From Planctomycetota bacterium (GTDB lineage Bacteria; Planctomycetota; PLA2; JAEUHO01), in assembly GCA_965223505.1 (NCBI GenBank), contig CBDCWP010000021.1, positions 64,001 to 128,000 of the forward strand: 64,000 bases of DNA. Reading direction: 5' to 3'. A program made the position numbers and the translations under genes. The notes under the pieces are model-generated. The model had not been told where the DNA came from and searched no databases. It was given only the letters and a program-made list of their open reading frames with translations. Positions 28,748 to 39,129 of this stretch are shown in pieces; positions within the stretch are counted from its first letter, which is position 1; the number at the start of each line of letters is the position of its first letter.

Positions 28748-31045
28748 CTACTGCGCGGGCGAGCCCTCCGGCTGCGCGGCGGATCCTGCGAAGCTCCGGT
28801 CGACCACCACCTCCGGTCGTGCCCCTTTCACGTGTTTCCAGCGAGAGATCATGAACCAAGCGATCGGCACGACGCCGCCGAACGTGAAGATCCACCCGCC
28901 GACCGCACGCATCCAGGTCAGCGTCTGGAAGGTGGAGCCTCCGATGAAATCCGCCGACCTTGCGGACGCGTATCCGTCCTCGAGCACTACGCCGAGTTGC
29001 ACGAGACCGACCGGCAGCGTATCGAGGAGCAGCATCAGCATCAGTCCGATGTTGAGCGCCCAGAACGAGGACCTCAGCGTTCCAGCCCCCCACTTGCCTT
29101 CCGGCAACAGGAACCGTGCGCAGAACAAGCTGACTCCGATCGCCAGGTTGCCGTATACGCCCATCAACGCAGCGTGACCGTGATTCACCGTCAGGTACGT
29201 GCCGTGCTCGTAGTAGTTGACGATGGGAAGATTGATGATGAGGCCGAAGACGCCCGCGCCGAGGAAGTTCCAGAAGTTCACGCCGATGAGGAACAGGAAT
29301 GCGACGTCCTGCCCGAAGCGCGCGCGGTTACCAGGGTTCTTCGCGGTAGCGAGCGCGCGCGCGGGCATTCGTCGGAACTTCCATGCATCGAGTGTGAGCA
29401 GGATCAACGGAAGGACCTGCAGCGTGGAGAAAACACTGCCCAAAGCGAGCATCGAGACCGGCTTTGCGTTCCAGTAGAAGTTGTGGGCAATGCCCAGCAG
29501 GCCGGATCCCAAGAAAAGCAGCGTCGCGATGTAGCAGGCCCGGACCGCGCGCTGCTTGCTCACAAGCCCCATGAAGACGAGGAAGAACGCGACGATCACC
29601 GTCGTGAAGACCTCGAAGAAACCCTCGACCCACATGTGAATCACGGCCCAACGCCAGAAGTCCGCAATCACGAAGTTCGTCTTTGGTCCCGAGATGAACC
29701 CGGAGATGAAGAGCACGAGCACGGAGCACACGGTGAACACCAGAAGCCACGGAAGCGAAAGCGGGCCCATGCGCCGAATGGCCGGCTTCGCACCTCGGTA
29801 GAGAATCAACAACCACAGCGCGATGGCGACGAACAGCAGCCCCTGCCATGCGCGGCCGAATTCGACGAACTCCCATCCTTGATGACCCAGCATGCGCCAA
29901 TAGCCCTGCATGACGCCCTTGGGTCCCAGAACGATGCCGACGAGACTGCCCACGACGAGCACGATGACGAGCCAGAACAGGGAGCGCACGAGCAGCATCT
30001 GCTTCGGGGGTTCCTCGCCGGAGATCTTCGGCAACAGGAAGATCGAAGCGCCCATCCAGCAAGCGCTGATCCAGAACAGCGCCAACGCCAAGTGCAGGCT
30101 CCGCGTGATCGTCACCGGCAGCCACACCGCGATGTCGATCCCGAAGAAGACGGTCGCGCCCAGAAAGTCGTGCGCGACGAGCGCGCCGAAGAGGACTTGA
30201 ACCAAGAACAGCACGGACGCGACCGCCATGAACGGATAGGCGGCTCGCTGAGTGGGAGTCGGCGTGGACTTCGCGACGCCGTCGTCGGTCAGGACGTCGG
30301 ACTTGTCACTCACGTCCCAACCGGCGGTTCGTCCGGCCCGACCGTAGCCGTAGAGGACGAACCCGACACCGAGGATGAACCCGAGGATGCCGATCACGCT
30401 CCAGAGTGTCGTGGGCGCGCTGGGCTGATTGCCGGCCTCGGGATCGAACGGCCAGTTGTGCGTGTAGCTGTAGTCGTAGCCGGGCCGTCGAGCACCGCAA
30501 ACCCATGCTCCCCAATAGAAGAACGCAGCGAGGTCGGACAGCTCCCGCTCGTCGGTGATGTAGCCTGCCGGCTCGAATCCCCCGTCGCCCTCGTCCGTGA
30601 AGAACCAGGCGACGTGGCCCGCGTAGATTCCGTACGCATGCACGTCCGCCGCCGAAAGCGTCACGACGTTCCTCTCGGCGTCTAGCGTGTTGTTCTTGAT
30701 CTCGCGTTGAACCCGCAACGCGACGACATCCTCGTCCACGCCGCTCTCGCGCGCGTAGTACGCCCGCATGTACTGCGCGCGGCGACGAAGCGCATCCGCA
30801 GTGAAGTCCGGCCCGCGACCGGATCCGTCGCCGAAGTAGGAACCGTACTCCATCAACGCGCGCTGCAAGAACACGGCCTGGCCGGCGAGGATCTTCTCTT
30901 CGTCGAACAGCACGGCCCCGTCCGGCCCCTCGAACCTGGCCATTGGCGGCGCGTCCTGATAGGTGCGCGTCGCCATCCAAGCGAGACCCGCGCCCCCGGT
31001 CACGATCACGACGAAGAGCGGGATCCACCAATGACGTTTCTTCAT
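28748..31045 (-). CDS. nod: qNOR (NorZ)-family heme-copper oxidoreductase with nitric oxide dismutase (Nod)-type active-site substitutions
   Basis: GGAGG RBS before ATG 31045 (765 aa). GPDFTADAL, YSYTHNWP, GWEFVEFGR, FWRWAVIHMWVEGFFEVF, GIAHNFYWNAKP, FSTLQVLPL, NYYEHGTYLTVNHGHAALMGVYG. Confidence 0.85.
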   Translation of the reverse strand: MKKRHWWIPLFVVIVTGGAGLAWMATRTYQDAPPMARFEGPDGAVLFDEEKILAGQAVFLQRALMEYGSYFGDGSGRGPDFTADALRRRAQYMRAYYARESGVDEDVVALRVQREIKNNTLDAERNVVTLSAADVHAYGIYAGHVAWFFTDEGDGGFEPAGYITDERELSDLAAFFYWGAWVCGARRPGYDYSYTHNWPFDPEAGNQPSAPTTLWSVIGILGFILGVGFVLYGYGRAGRTAGWDVSDKSDVLTDDGVAKSTPTPTQRAAYPFMAVASVLFLVQVLFGALVAHDFLGATVFFGIDIAVWLPVTITRSLHLALALFWISACWMGASIFLLPKISGEEPPKQMLLVRSLFWLVIVLVVGSLVGIVLGPKGVMQGYWRMLGHQGWEFVEFGRAWQGLLFVAIALWLLILYRGAKPAIRRMGPLSLPWLLVFTVCSVLVLFISGFISGPKTNFVIADFWRWAVIHMWVEGFFEVFTTVIVAFFLVFMGLVSKQRAVRACYIATLLFLGSGLLGIAHNFYWNAKPVSMLALGSVFSTLQVLPLILLTLDAWKFRRMPARALATAKNPGNRARFGQDVAFLFLIGVNFWNFLGAGVFGLIINLPIVNYYEHGTYLTVNHGHAALMGVYGNLAIGVSLFCARFLLPEGKWGAGTLRSSFWALNIGLMLMLLLDTLPVGLVQLGVVLEDGYASARSADFIGGSTFQTLTWMRAVGGWIFTFGGVVPIAWFMISRWKHVKGARPEVVVDRSFAGSAAQPEGSPAQ

Positions 31046-31232
31046 TGGTCCTCCATCCAACTGACACGTCGCTGAAACCCGAGCGCGCAAACCCGGTCGC
31101 GCACGTGAACGCCGGAATTCCGACCTTTCCGATGTCGCTGGGGGTACGTACGCAGTATCGAACGGACGGCGTGGAATCGTCCGCAATCGGGCAGTCCTCC
31201 GTGGAGCCGTCGTTTTCAGCGAGACTGCGCGC

Positions 31233-33857
31233 ATGCGTACGAAGCCGCGCCCATTGATCCTCCGAGACGGCACGTCGCTGCTCGTTCGGCCGGCGGAGCC
31301 GGCGGATACGGAAGCCTTCGACGCGTTCATCGACCGCATGGCGGTCGAGCGTTCGACGACCGGCTGCGACGCGTCGAATCCTTCGGAGCAGTTCTGCTTG
31401 CTGGCGCTCCGCACGCTCGACGGCGCGCAACGGGTGGTCGGCGCGGCGGAGTACGTCGTCACCGACGACGGATGCGCGAACGCGGCCCTCGGCGTCGACG
31501 AGGCGTTCAGAGGGCTCGGACTCGCGACCGGGCTCCTGCGTCGTTTGGCGCTCACGGCCGCGCATCACGACGTGCGCGTGCTGCGGGCGCGGTCCGGCAG
31601 CGCCGCGCTGCTCGAGGTGCTACGCAATTCGGGCGTCCCGCAGCTCGACACCGCCGAGGCGGGCACGGTCTCGTTCGATCTCGGCGCCGTGCCGACGCCG
31701 CAGAGTCGCGAGCAGTCGGAGACGCGGGATCGCCTCGCGACCGCGGCGTCGATCCATCCGTTCTTCCATCCGACCGCCGTCGCCGTGATCGGCGCGTCGC
31801 GTGACCCGAAGAGCCTCGGGGCGCGAACGCTGCGCGCGCTCGTGAAAAACCGCTTCCGTGGTCCGGTCTACGCCGTGAACCCGAAAGCCGACTCCATCGG
31901 CGCGATGCCGTGCTTCCCGTCCGTTGCCGCTCTGCCGCGCGAGGTCGAGCTGGCAATCGTCCTCGTCCCCAAGGAGCACGTGCTCGGCGTCGTCGACGAG
32001 TGCGCGGCGGCAGGCGTGCGAGCGGTGGTCGTCATCACGGCGGGGTTCGCGGAGACCGGTGACGAGGGTCGCGCGCGTCAAGAGGCGCTGCTTCAGCGGG
32101 TGCGCGGACACGGCATGCGCATGGTCGGTCCGAACTGCATGGGGCTGATCAACGCCGATCCCGCCGTACGGCTGTGCGCCTCGTTCGCGCCCGTGTTCCC
32201 GCCGTCCGGCAACGTCGCCATGTCGTCCCAGAGCGGTGCGCTCGGGTTGGCGCTGTTGGCGGCGGCCGAAGAGCTCGGCCTCGGACTGTCGAGCTTCGTG
32301 AGCGTGGGCAACAAGGCCGACGTCTCCGGCAACGATCTCTTGCAGTACTGGGAAGACGACCCACAGACCGACGTGATCCTGCTCTACGTCGAGTCGTTCG
32401 GAAACCCCCGCCGCTTCGCGCGCATCGCTCGGCGCATCGGACGCCACAAGCCCATCATCGCGGTGAAGAGCGGCCGCACCGGGGCGGGGCAGCGAGCCGC
32501 GGGCTCACACACGGCCGCGCTGGCGGGGAGCGACACGCCTGTGCAGGCACTGTTCCGTCAGACGGGCGTCATCCGCGCGAACACGTTGGAAGAGATGTTC
32601 GACCTCGCCCTGCTGTTGAGCAGCCAGCCGCTGCCCAACGGCCGCCGCGTCGGGATCCTGACCAACGCGGGCGGCCCCGGGATCCTCTGCGCGGATGCGT
32701 GCGCATCCGAAGGCATGACGGTGCCGGAACTGTCCGAGGGCACGCGCTCGAAGTTGAGTGCGTTGCTGCCCGAGGAAGCGAGCGTCACGAACCCGGTCGA
32801 CATGATCGCCTCGGCGGGACCGATCCAGTACGCCGAGGCCACGCGCATCCTGCTGGAGAGCGACGAGGTCGACGCGCTGATGATCATCTACGCGCCCATC
32901 GAGGCCTCGGACGTCGAGCCGGTCGAGCGCGCCCTCGACGCGGTGCTCGAGTCGACCGGCCGAACCAAGCCCGTCGTCGAGTGCGTCATGGGCGAAGGCG
33001 GTCGCGGACCGTCGCGGAGTCTTCGCAAAGGCGTGCCGTCGTACGTGTTCCCCGAAGCCGCGGCGCGCGTGCTCACCAAGGTCGCCGACTATGCGGCGTG
33101 GCAGCGGGCGCCGGTCGGCGTGGTGCCGCCCCACGACGACTTCGACGCCAAGGCGGCGCGCGCGGTGTGCCGAAAGGCGCTCGAGCGGGACGGCGCGGGC
33201 TGGCTCACGTTCGATGACGCCCAGGCCGTCCTGCGTGCCGCGGGACTTCCCGTGGCCGACGGCGGGTCGGCGAAGAGCACGGATGAGGCCGTCGAGCTGG
33301 CGGAGCGACTCGGCTACCCGGTCGCCATGAAGCTCGCGTCGCGAACGATCGTGCACAAGACCGACGTCGGCGGCGTCGAGCTCGACGTGGCGAACGCCGA
33401 CGCGGTGCGTGCCGCCTTCACGCGCATCCGCGAGCGCGTTCACGAGGCCGGCGAGGCCGACGCCTTCGAAGGCGTCTCGCTGCAGGTCATGATCGACCGC
33501 GGCACGGAGGTCATGGTGGGCATGACCCAGGCCCCGGTGTTCGGTCCGGTGGTCGCGTTCGGCCTCGGCGGCGTGCACGTGGAGGTGCTCAAGGACGTCG
33601 TGTTCCGCGTGACGCCGCTCACGGACCGCGACGCGCACGAGATGGTGCGGGACATTCGGGGGCGGCGGCTGCTGGAAGGCTACCGCGGCCATCCGAAGGC
33701 CGACCTCGCGGCGCTCGAGGACGTGCTGTTGCGCATCGGCAAGCTGGCGGATCAGATCGAGGAGATCGACGACCTGGATCTGAACCCGATCTTCGCGCTC
33801 GAGCCGGGCGAAGGCTGCCGCATCGCGGATGCGCGAATTCACGTCCGACAGGCCTGA
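31233..33857 (+). CDS. GNAT + NDP-forming acyl-CoA synthetase fusion (Pat/Pka-like or acetate-CoA ligase family)
   Basis: N-terminal FRGLGLAT (GNAT motif A), VAVIGASR, GPNCMG, SQSGAL, GNKADVSGNDLL, SHTAAL, NPVD, and a C-terminal ATP-grasp (HKTDVGGV, DLNP). Confidence 0.9.
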   Translation: MRTKPRPLILRDGTSLLVRPAEPADTEAFDAFIDRMAVERSTTGCDASNPSEQFCLLALRTLDGAQRVVGAAEYVVTDDGCANAALGVDEAFRGLGLATGLLRRLALTAAHHDVRVLRARSGSAALLEVLRNSGVPQLDTAEAGTVSFDLGAVPTPQSREQSETRDRLATAASIHPFFHPTAVAVIGASRDPKSLGARTLRALVKNRFRGPVYAVNPKADSIGAMPCFPSVAALPREVELAIVLVPKEHVLGVVDECAAAGVRAVVVITAGFAETGDEGRARQEALLQRVRGHGMRMVGPNCMGLINADPAVRLCASFAPVFPPSGNVAMSSQSGALGLALLAAAEELGLGLSSFVSVGNKADVSGNDLLQYWEDDPQTDVILLYVESFGNPRRFARIARRIGRHKPIIAVKSGRTGAGQRAAGSHTAALAGSDTPVQALFRQTGVIRANTLEEMFDLALLLSSQPLPNGRRVGILTNAGGPGILCADACASEGMTVPELSEGTRSKLSALLPEEASVTNPVDMIASAGPIQYAEATRILLESDEVDALMIIYAPIEASDVEPVERALDAVLESTGRTKPVVECVMGEGGRGPSRSLRKGVPSYVFPEAAARVLTKVADYAAWQRAPVGVVPPHDDFDAKAARAVCRKALERDGAGWLTFDDAQAVLRAAGLPVADGGSAKSTDEAVELAERLGYPVAMKLASRTIVHKTDVGGVELDVANADAVRAAFTRIRERVHEAGEADAFEGVSLQVMIDRGTEVMVGMTQAPVFGPVVAFGLGGVHVEVLKDVVFRVTPLTDRDAHEMVRDIRGRRLLEGYRGHPKADLAALEDVLLRIGKLADQIEEIDDLDLNPIFALEPGEGCRIADARIHVRQA

Positions 33858-33888
33858 ACCAAGGCGGTAGGCTGACGTTCCCATCGAG

Positions 33889-35517
33889 ATGCGACGCCGC
33901 TTCATCCTCCCCGCCGCCCTGCTGATCGGCCTTGCCGCGGCGGTGGTGTTCTGGCAACCGCGCGCCGACGACGTCGCCGGCTCGAGCACGGACGCGGCGC
34001 AGGACGACGAGGTCGAGCGCGCGATGCTGGAGGCGGGACCACGCGCTGACGACGAACGCGAACCGCCCGGTCCGACCCCCGAGCCGTCGGGGGCACACTT
34101 GGAGGGCAGGGGCACGCAGCCGCGCTCGGGCCCCGTGACCGTGACGGTCGTAACGGACCGGGGTCTCCCGGTCGGCAACGTCCTGGTCACGATTCCGAGT
34201 CGACCGGATTGGACGCTGCGCGAGAAGACGGGCGTCGACGGCATGGCGCACTTCGACGAGGACCTGCCGTGGGACGGTACGCGGACCGCAACCGTTCACT
34301 TCCATACCGCGGAGAAGCACCCCATCGTCGGGCCGACGCTGCGGGTGGTGCGCGCCACGCTCGTACCGCTCGTCCTGCGCACGGTCGACGCGGAGACCGG
34401 CGAACCCGTGCCCGTGGAAGGCATGACTGCCAACTTCGACAAGCGACCGGGAACCCAGCGACCGGAGGACGGCGTGTACGAGTACATGGTGCGCGCGGGC
34501 CGCGAGGCGCTGTTCGGCGGGCGCATCGACTTCAAGCCGATGCGCGGCCGGGTCGCGTGGGATCTCGTTTCGTGGAGCGTGCCGAGGAGCGCATACGCCG
34601 AGCGCCTCGAGGTCGTCGCCCCCTTGCGTCGCGAGGTGCCGGTCAGCGTGATGGTGCTCGACCACACCGGCGCGCCGTGCGCCGACGCGCTGCTCACGAG
34701 CTTCCAGATCGCCGGCAAGACGGTCTTCAAGGTCGTCGCCGAGAGTGATGCGTACGGCAATCGCCATGTGGAGGGGGTCCCGTACTTCCGCGGAGAACGT
34801 CTGACCGTCTCGGCGGGCATCCCCGACACGACGGCCGCTGCGTCCGCTTCGGTCGTGCTGGGCCCGTACGCCGACCAGGCGGTAGCGCTCGAGATCCGAC
34901 TCCCGAAACCGAGTCCGACGATCGGCAACGGCGCGATCGGCCTCGGCGGCGGGTCGGGCTACTCGAGCCGCGGCCGCAACGGGCAGCGCAAGAAGATCGT
35001 GCCGAGCGGCACGGTGATCGCGCGCGTGTACCGCTACGACGGGACGCCGGCCGTCAACGCGTTGGTGGGCGCGGCCGGACGGACCGGGCGCACGAACGAG
35101 AGCGGTCGCGTCGTGCTGAAGGAGTGCTTGCCGGGATCGCACGGCATCTGGGTCAAGCAGAAGGGGCTCTTCCGCATCGACGGAAAGGTCGAGGTCCTTG
35201 CGGAGCGCACGGTCGAGGTCGAGCTTCGCGAGAAGAGGGGCAGGGCGCGCGACATCGAGGTCGTGGACGAGAACGGCGATCCGCTACCGTTCGCGCTTCT
35301 TCGGCTCCAGGGCGGAGCGTCGAGCGAACGCTGGATCGACGAGGTCGGCGGTGTGCAGCGTCTCGACGGCTTCACGGACCACGAGGGCCGGCGCACGTTC
35401 GCGCGCATCGATCCGCGCGTGACGAAGATCACCGCGCAGTGGGGCTCGCGCAAGACGACAGTGGACATCGGCGCGGACGAGACCGGCAGGCTTCGGATCG
35501 TCTTGTCGCGTCCGTGA
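33889..35517 (+). CDS. Membrane-anchored hypothetical protein with repeated carboxypeptidase-regulatory-like beta-sandwich domains
   Basis: N-terminal TM helix and repeated V-x-D-x-x-G-x-P-(V/L) motifs (VVTDRGLPV, TVDAETGEPV, VLDHTGAP, VVDENGDPL). Confidence 0.6.
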   Translation: MRRRFILPAALLIGLAAAVVFWQPRADDVAGSSTDAAQDDEVERAMLEAGPRADDEREPPGPTPEPSGAHLEGRGTQPRSGPVTVTVVTDRGLPVGNVLVTIPSRPDWTLREKTGVDGMAHFDEDLPWDGTRTATVHFHTAEKHPIVGPTLRVVRATLVPLVLRTVDAETGEPVPVEGMTANFDKRPGTQRPEDGVYEYMVRAGREALFGGRIDFKPMRGRVAWDLVSWSVPRSAYAERLEVVAPLRREVPVSVMVLDHTGAPCADALLTSFQIAGKTVFKVVAESDAYGNRHVEGVPYFRGERLTVSAGIPDTTAAASASVVLGPYADQAVALEIRLPKPSPTIGNGAIGLGGGSGYSSRGRNGQRKKIVPSGTVIARVYRYDGTPAVNALVGAAGRTGRTNESGRVVLKECLPGSHGIWVKQKGLFRIDGKVEVLAERTVEVELREKRGRARDIEVVDENGDPLPFALLRLQGGASSERWIDEVGGVQRLDGFTDHEGRRTFARIDPRVTKITAQWGSRKTTVDIGADETGRLRIVLSRP

Positions 35518-35671
35518 TCCGATCGTCGCGACTCCCATGGGTCGACCTGCTGTACCGCCCCCGTAGATCCATGGGTCCGGCCCCAGTTTGGCCCGATTCA
35601 CGGTTCGCTGTGGCCAACAGCGCCCCACCGGCGTTTGATGAAGGGGAGAACTCGTCACTTTTGGAGGTGCG

Positions 35672-37525
35672 ATGCGGCGATCCGGCACCCTGTGGACACG
35701 ACGCCTGGTTCTCGGAGCCCTGATTCTCGGGGCCTGCGGCCTGATCCCGGCCCTGCGGGCCGACGCGGGCGGCGACGACGGCGAGGTCTCGAACCTGCGC
35801 GGCGAGCGCAAGCTGGCTCTCATCGAGATCGGACGGCGGCTCTTCTTCGATCCCGTCGTCAGCCGCTCGGGCGACCGCTCGTGCGCCTCGTGCCACGATC
35901 CCGAGCACGGCTTCTCCGACCCCGCGCAACGGAGCGAGGACGACGCCGGCATCACCATCCGTCACGCTCAGACCCTGCTCGACAGCGCGCTCAACCCGTC
36001 CGCCCACTGGGACGGCGAGTTCATCTCCATCGAGCGCCTCGTCACCGCGCGAATCGGACTGCCCGGCGCCGGCGGTAGCGGCGGCGGCTACGGCGGACGC
36101 AACCTCGCGCCGCTTCGCGCCGGCCACTCCGCGATCCCGTTCGACCAGGACCTCGACGCCCCCATCGATCCCGGCGGCAAGCTGGCCGCCGAGCTCGGCA
36201 AGCTCCCGCGCGCGCAAGACGTGCTCGAGGACAACGGGCGCTACGCCGCGGCGGCGAAGGCCGTCTGGGGCGACATGAAGATCACGCGGCCGCGCATCGC
36301 GCAGGCCATCGGCGCGTACTGCCGCACGATCGAGAGCACCGAAGCGCCGTACGACGAGTACGTCGCCGGCAACACCCGCGCTCTCACGCCCGCCGCCATT
36401 CGCGGCAAGGAGCTCTTCGAAGGACGCGCCGGCTGCGCCCAGTGCCATCTCACGACGACCAAGTTCGAAAAGCGCCACGCGACGACGCGTCTCACGAAAC
36501 CCGTCATGCGCAAGGTGAAGCGCGCGACCTTCACCGACTTCGACTTCCACAACACGGGCATCGCCTGGGACGACGTGCACGCGTCGCGCATCCGCCGGCA
36601 GGTCGCCGAGGAGCTTGCGCCGAAGCAGCGCAAGGGCAAGCGGCTCGAAGAAGCGACGGCCGCGGCCAAGGACAAGCTCGGGGACCCGGGCAACCACCGC
36701 ATCAGCACCAACCCGAAGCTTCGCCGCGCCTTCAAGACGCCGACGCTGCGCGATCTCACACGCCGCGGGCCGTACATGCACAACGGCGCGTTCACGAACC
36801 TGCACGACGTCGTGCGACACTACGTGAAGGGTGGGAGCGACGATCCGCTGCAGGACGAGCGCATCGTCCCGCTCGCGCTGAGCGAAGGCGAGATCGACGA
36901 CCTGGTCACCTTCCTCGAGTCCCTCACCGGTCACGAGCGTCCCGGCCTGGCACAGCATCCGTGCAAGTGGCGTCCGGATACGACGAAGCTGCGGTTCCTC
37001 GACGGCACGGGCAAACCCATGGCGGGGCTGAGCGTGAAGCTCAACCCGGCCGGCGACCGGCTTCCGAACGAGAAGGCCGGCAAGACGGCCGTCGAGCTCG
37101 TCACGGACGACAAGGGGCGCATCGAGTTCGCCCCGCTCGCGTTCACGCACGTACAGATCCAGCTGCCGAACGAGATCGAGCCCGCCCGAGGACCGCTCGT
37201 CCCGGACCTGTGCAAGAAGGCCGACATCATCGTGCCCGTCAGCGGGCGCATCCAACTGATCGCGGTCTACCCCGAAGGGCAGGAGCCGCCGAAGCGCCTG
37301 GTCGCCGAACACAAGGGCACCTTCGTGCTGCCGGGGCACACGCCCCCGCGGACGCGACTGGTGCTCAAGCACGTCCTGGGCGCGGGCAAGAGCCGAATGG
37401 CCACGTACGAGGGGTGGAAGCGCACCGACGTCACGTCGGACGTCCGGATCCTGCTCCCCGGGGCCAAGAAGCCGGTCGACGTCGATCTCGCGGCGAAGGG
37501 CGGAGCCCGCATCGACGTCAGGTGA
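35672..37525 (+). CDS. Di-heme cytochrome c peroxidase / MauG-family protein with C-terminal extension
   Basis: Signal peptide, GRRLFFDP, CASCH, HWDG, GKELF, CAQCH, FHNTG, FKTPTLR, PYMHNG and DLVTFLESL. Confidence 0.9.
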   Translation: MRRSGTLWTRRLVLGALILGACGLIPALRADAGGDDGEVSNLRGERKLALIEIGRRLFFDPVVSRSGDRSCASCHDPEHGFSDPAQRSEDDAGITIRHAQTLLDSALNPSAHWDGEFISIERLVTARIGLPGAGGSGGGYGGRNLAPLRAGHSAIPFDQDLDAPIDPGGKLAAELGKLPRAQDVLEDNGRYAAAAKAVWGDMKITRPRIAQAIGAYCRTIESTEAPYDEYVAGNTRALTPAAIRGKELFEGRAGCAQCHLTTTKFEKRHATTRLTKPVMRKVKRATFTDFDFHNTGIAWDDVHASRIRRQVAEELAPKQRKGKRLEEATAAAKDKLGDPGNHRISTNPKLRRAFKTPTLRDLTRRGPYMHNGAFTNLHDVVRHYVKGGSDDPLQDERIVPLALSEGEIDDLVTFLESLTGHERPGLAQHPCKWRPDTTKLRFLDGTGKPMAGLSVKLNPAGDRLPNEKAGKTAVELVTDDKGRIEFAPLAFTHVQIQLPNEIEPARGPLVPDLCKKADIIVPVSGRIQLIAVYPEGQEPPKRLVAEHKGTFVLPGHTPPRTRLVLKHVLGAGKSRMATYEGWKRTDVTSDVRILLPGAKKPVDVDLAAKGGARIDVR

Positions 37526-37575
37526 CGGCCCCGACCGCGCTTTCGAGAAACCCCGGGCACCGTCTCCCCGTCTAG

Positions 37576-38346
37576 GTGGTGACACTCGAACGGGAACCCC
37601 GGGGGACAGGCGTGCGGCGCGCGACACGGCTCTTGACCTTCGTCATCGTGATCGCGGGCCTGAGCATGGCCTTCGCCTGCTTCCCCGTGAACGACTGGCT
37701 GAAGGCGTTCATCGACTGGACGGCCTCGATCGGCATCTGGGGTCCCGTCGTCATGGCCGCGGCGTACATTCCTGCGACCGTCCTGATGATCCCCGGCTCG
37801 ATCCCGACGCTGGGCGCCGGATTCGCCTTCGGCGTCGCCTGGGGCACGGTCGCCGTGTCCGTGGGCAGCGTGCTCGGCTCGTCGCTGGCGTTCATCATCG
37901 GCCGCACGGTGGCGCGCGACTGGGTGCGGGCCCGCATGCAGGGCAGCCCCAAGCTACAGGCGATCGATCGCGCGGTCGGTGAGAACGGTTTCAAGATCGC
38001 GTTGCTGATCCGGCTCTCGCCGGCGTTCCCCTACAACCTCATGGGCTACGTGTTCGGCATCACGAACATCCGCTTCCGCGACCACTTCTTCGCCAGCTGG
38101 ATCGGCATGTTCCCCGGCACGATCATGTACGTGTACATCGGCGCGACGGCGCGCAACCTCAGCGAGGTCGCCGCGGGCGGCATGGCGCAACGCAGCGATC
38201 TGCAGTATCTGCTCTTCGGCGTCGGCCTGTTGGCGACGATCGTCGTGACCGTTCTCGTCACGCGCATCGCGCGCCGAGCGATCCGCGAGTACATCCCCGA
38301 AGCGGAGGAGGGCGACTCGCAACCCGAGGCCGCTTCTGCAAGTTGA
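37576..38346 (+). CDS. TVP38/TMEM64 (DedA/VTT) family membrane protein
   Basis: IPGSIPTLGAGFAFG, LIRLSPAFPYN and GMFPGTIMYVYIG. Confidence 0.9.
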   Translation: MVTLEREPRGTGVRRATRLLTFVIVIAGLSMAFACFPVNDWLKAFIDWTASIGIWGPVVMAAAYIPATVLMIPGSIPTLGAGFAFGVAWGTVAVSVGSVLGSSLAFIIGRTVARDWVRARMQGSPKLQAIDRAVGENGFKIALLIRLSPAFPYNLMGYVFGITNIRFRDHFFASWIGMFPGTIMYVYIGATARNLSEVAAGGMAQRSDLQYLLFGVGLLATIVVTVLVTRIARRAIREYIPEAEEGDSQPEAASAS

Positions 38347-38378
38347 TTGCGCTTCAGGCGCGGACGACAATCGGAGCC

Positions 38379-39050
38379 GTGTCGTCGCACTCGACCCGCT
38401 GGACGCTGATTCGCGATGCCGCGCACGGAGATCTCGCCGCGCGCGACGCGTTCGCACAGCGCTACGGACCCGTAGCGCGCGCGTATCTGACGGCCCGCTG
38501 GGGCCGGCACGTGCTCGGGTCCGAGATCGACGACGCGCTACAGGACGTCTTCGTCGACTGCTTCAAGGAGCAGGGGGCGCTCGAACGGGCCGATCCGGCG
38601 CGCGGGGGCTTTCGCGCGTTTCTGTACGGCGTGGTGCGCAATGTCGCGCTGCGTCTCGAGACGCGTCGACTGAAGTCGCTCGCGCGCGCCGAGGACGCGC
38701 ACCTCGAAGCCGTCGAAGCCGACGACGAGTCGCTCGCACTCGTCTTCGACCGCGCGTGGGCCCGGTCGATCGTGAAGCTGGCTGCGGCCCGGCACGCGCG
38801 GGTGGCGGCCCGCAAGGACGCCGACGCCGTGCGGCGCGTCGAGCTACTGCGCATGCGCTTCGAGGACGACCTGCCGATTCGGGAGATCGCGATCCGGTGG
38901 AAGGCCGACGCCACGCGGCTTCACCGCGAGTACGCGCGGGCGCGCGCCGAGTACCGCGACGCGCTGAAACACGTCGTCCGCGAGCACCACGGCGGCGAGC
39001 CCAAGGCCGTAGACGCCGAGTGCGCGCGGATTCTGGGCCTTCTCGCGTAG
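38379..39050 (+). CDS. ECF-type sigma-70 factor (kinase-associated type)
   Basis: STRWTLI N-terminus, FAQRYGP, DDALQDVF, FRAFL, FDRAWA and region-4 LPIREIA. GTG 38379 follows GGAG; the track start is 38343. Confidence 0.8.
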   Translation: MSSHSTRWTLIRDAAHGDLAARDAFAQRYGPVARAYLTARWGRHVLGSEIDDALQDVFVDCFKEQGALERADPARGGFRAFLYGVVRNVALRLETRRLKSLARAEDAHLEAVEADDESLALVFDRAWARSIVKLAAARHARVAARKDADAVRRVELLRMRFEDDLPIREIAIRWKADATRLHREYARARAEYRDALKHVVREHHGGEPKAVDAECARILGLLA

Positions 39051-39129
39051 ATCCCGGCGATTTCTCGGTTTCTGCCCGTGAAACGCGCCCTTCCGTCGGA
39101 TAGAGGATTGGACCCCCCGCGAGAGGCCC

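Noticed and set aside
31046..31232. FNR/NnrR box or sigma-54 promoter for the Nod-like gene
   Set aside because: I found no convincing TTGAT-N4-ATCAA or TGGCAC-N5-TTGC match by eye.
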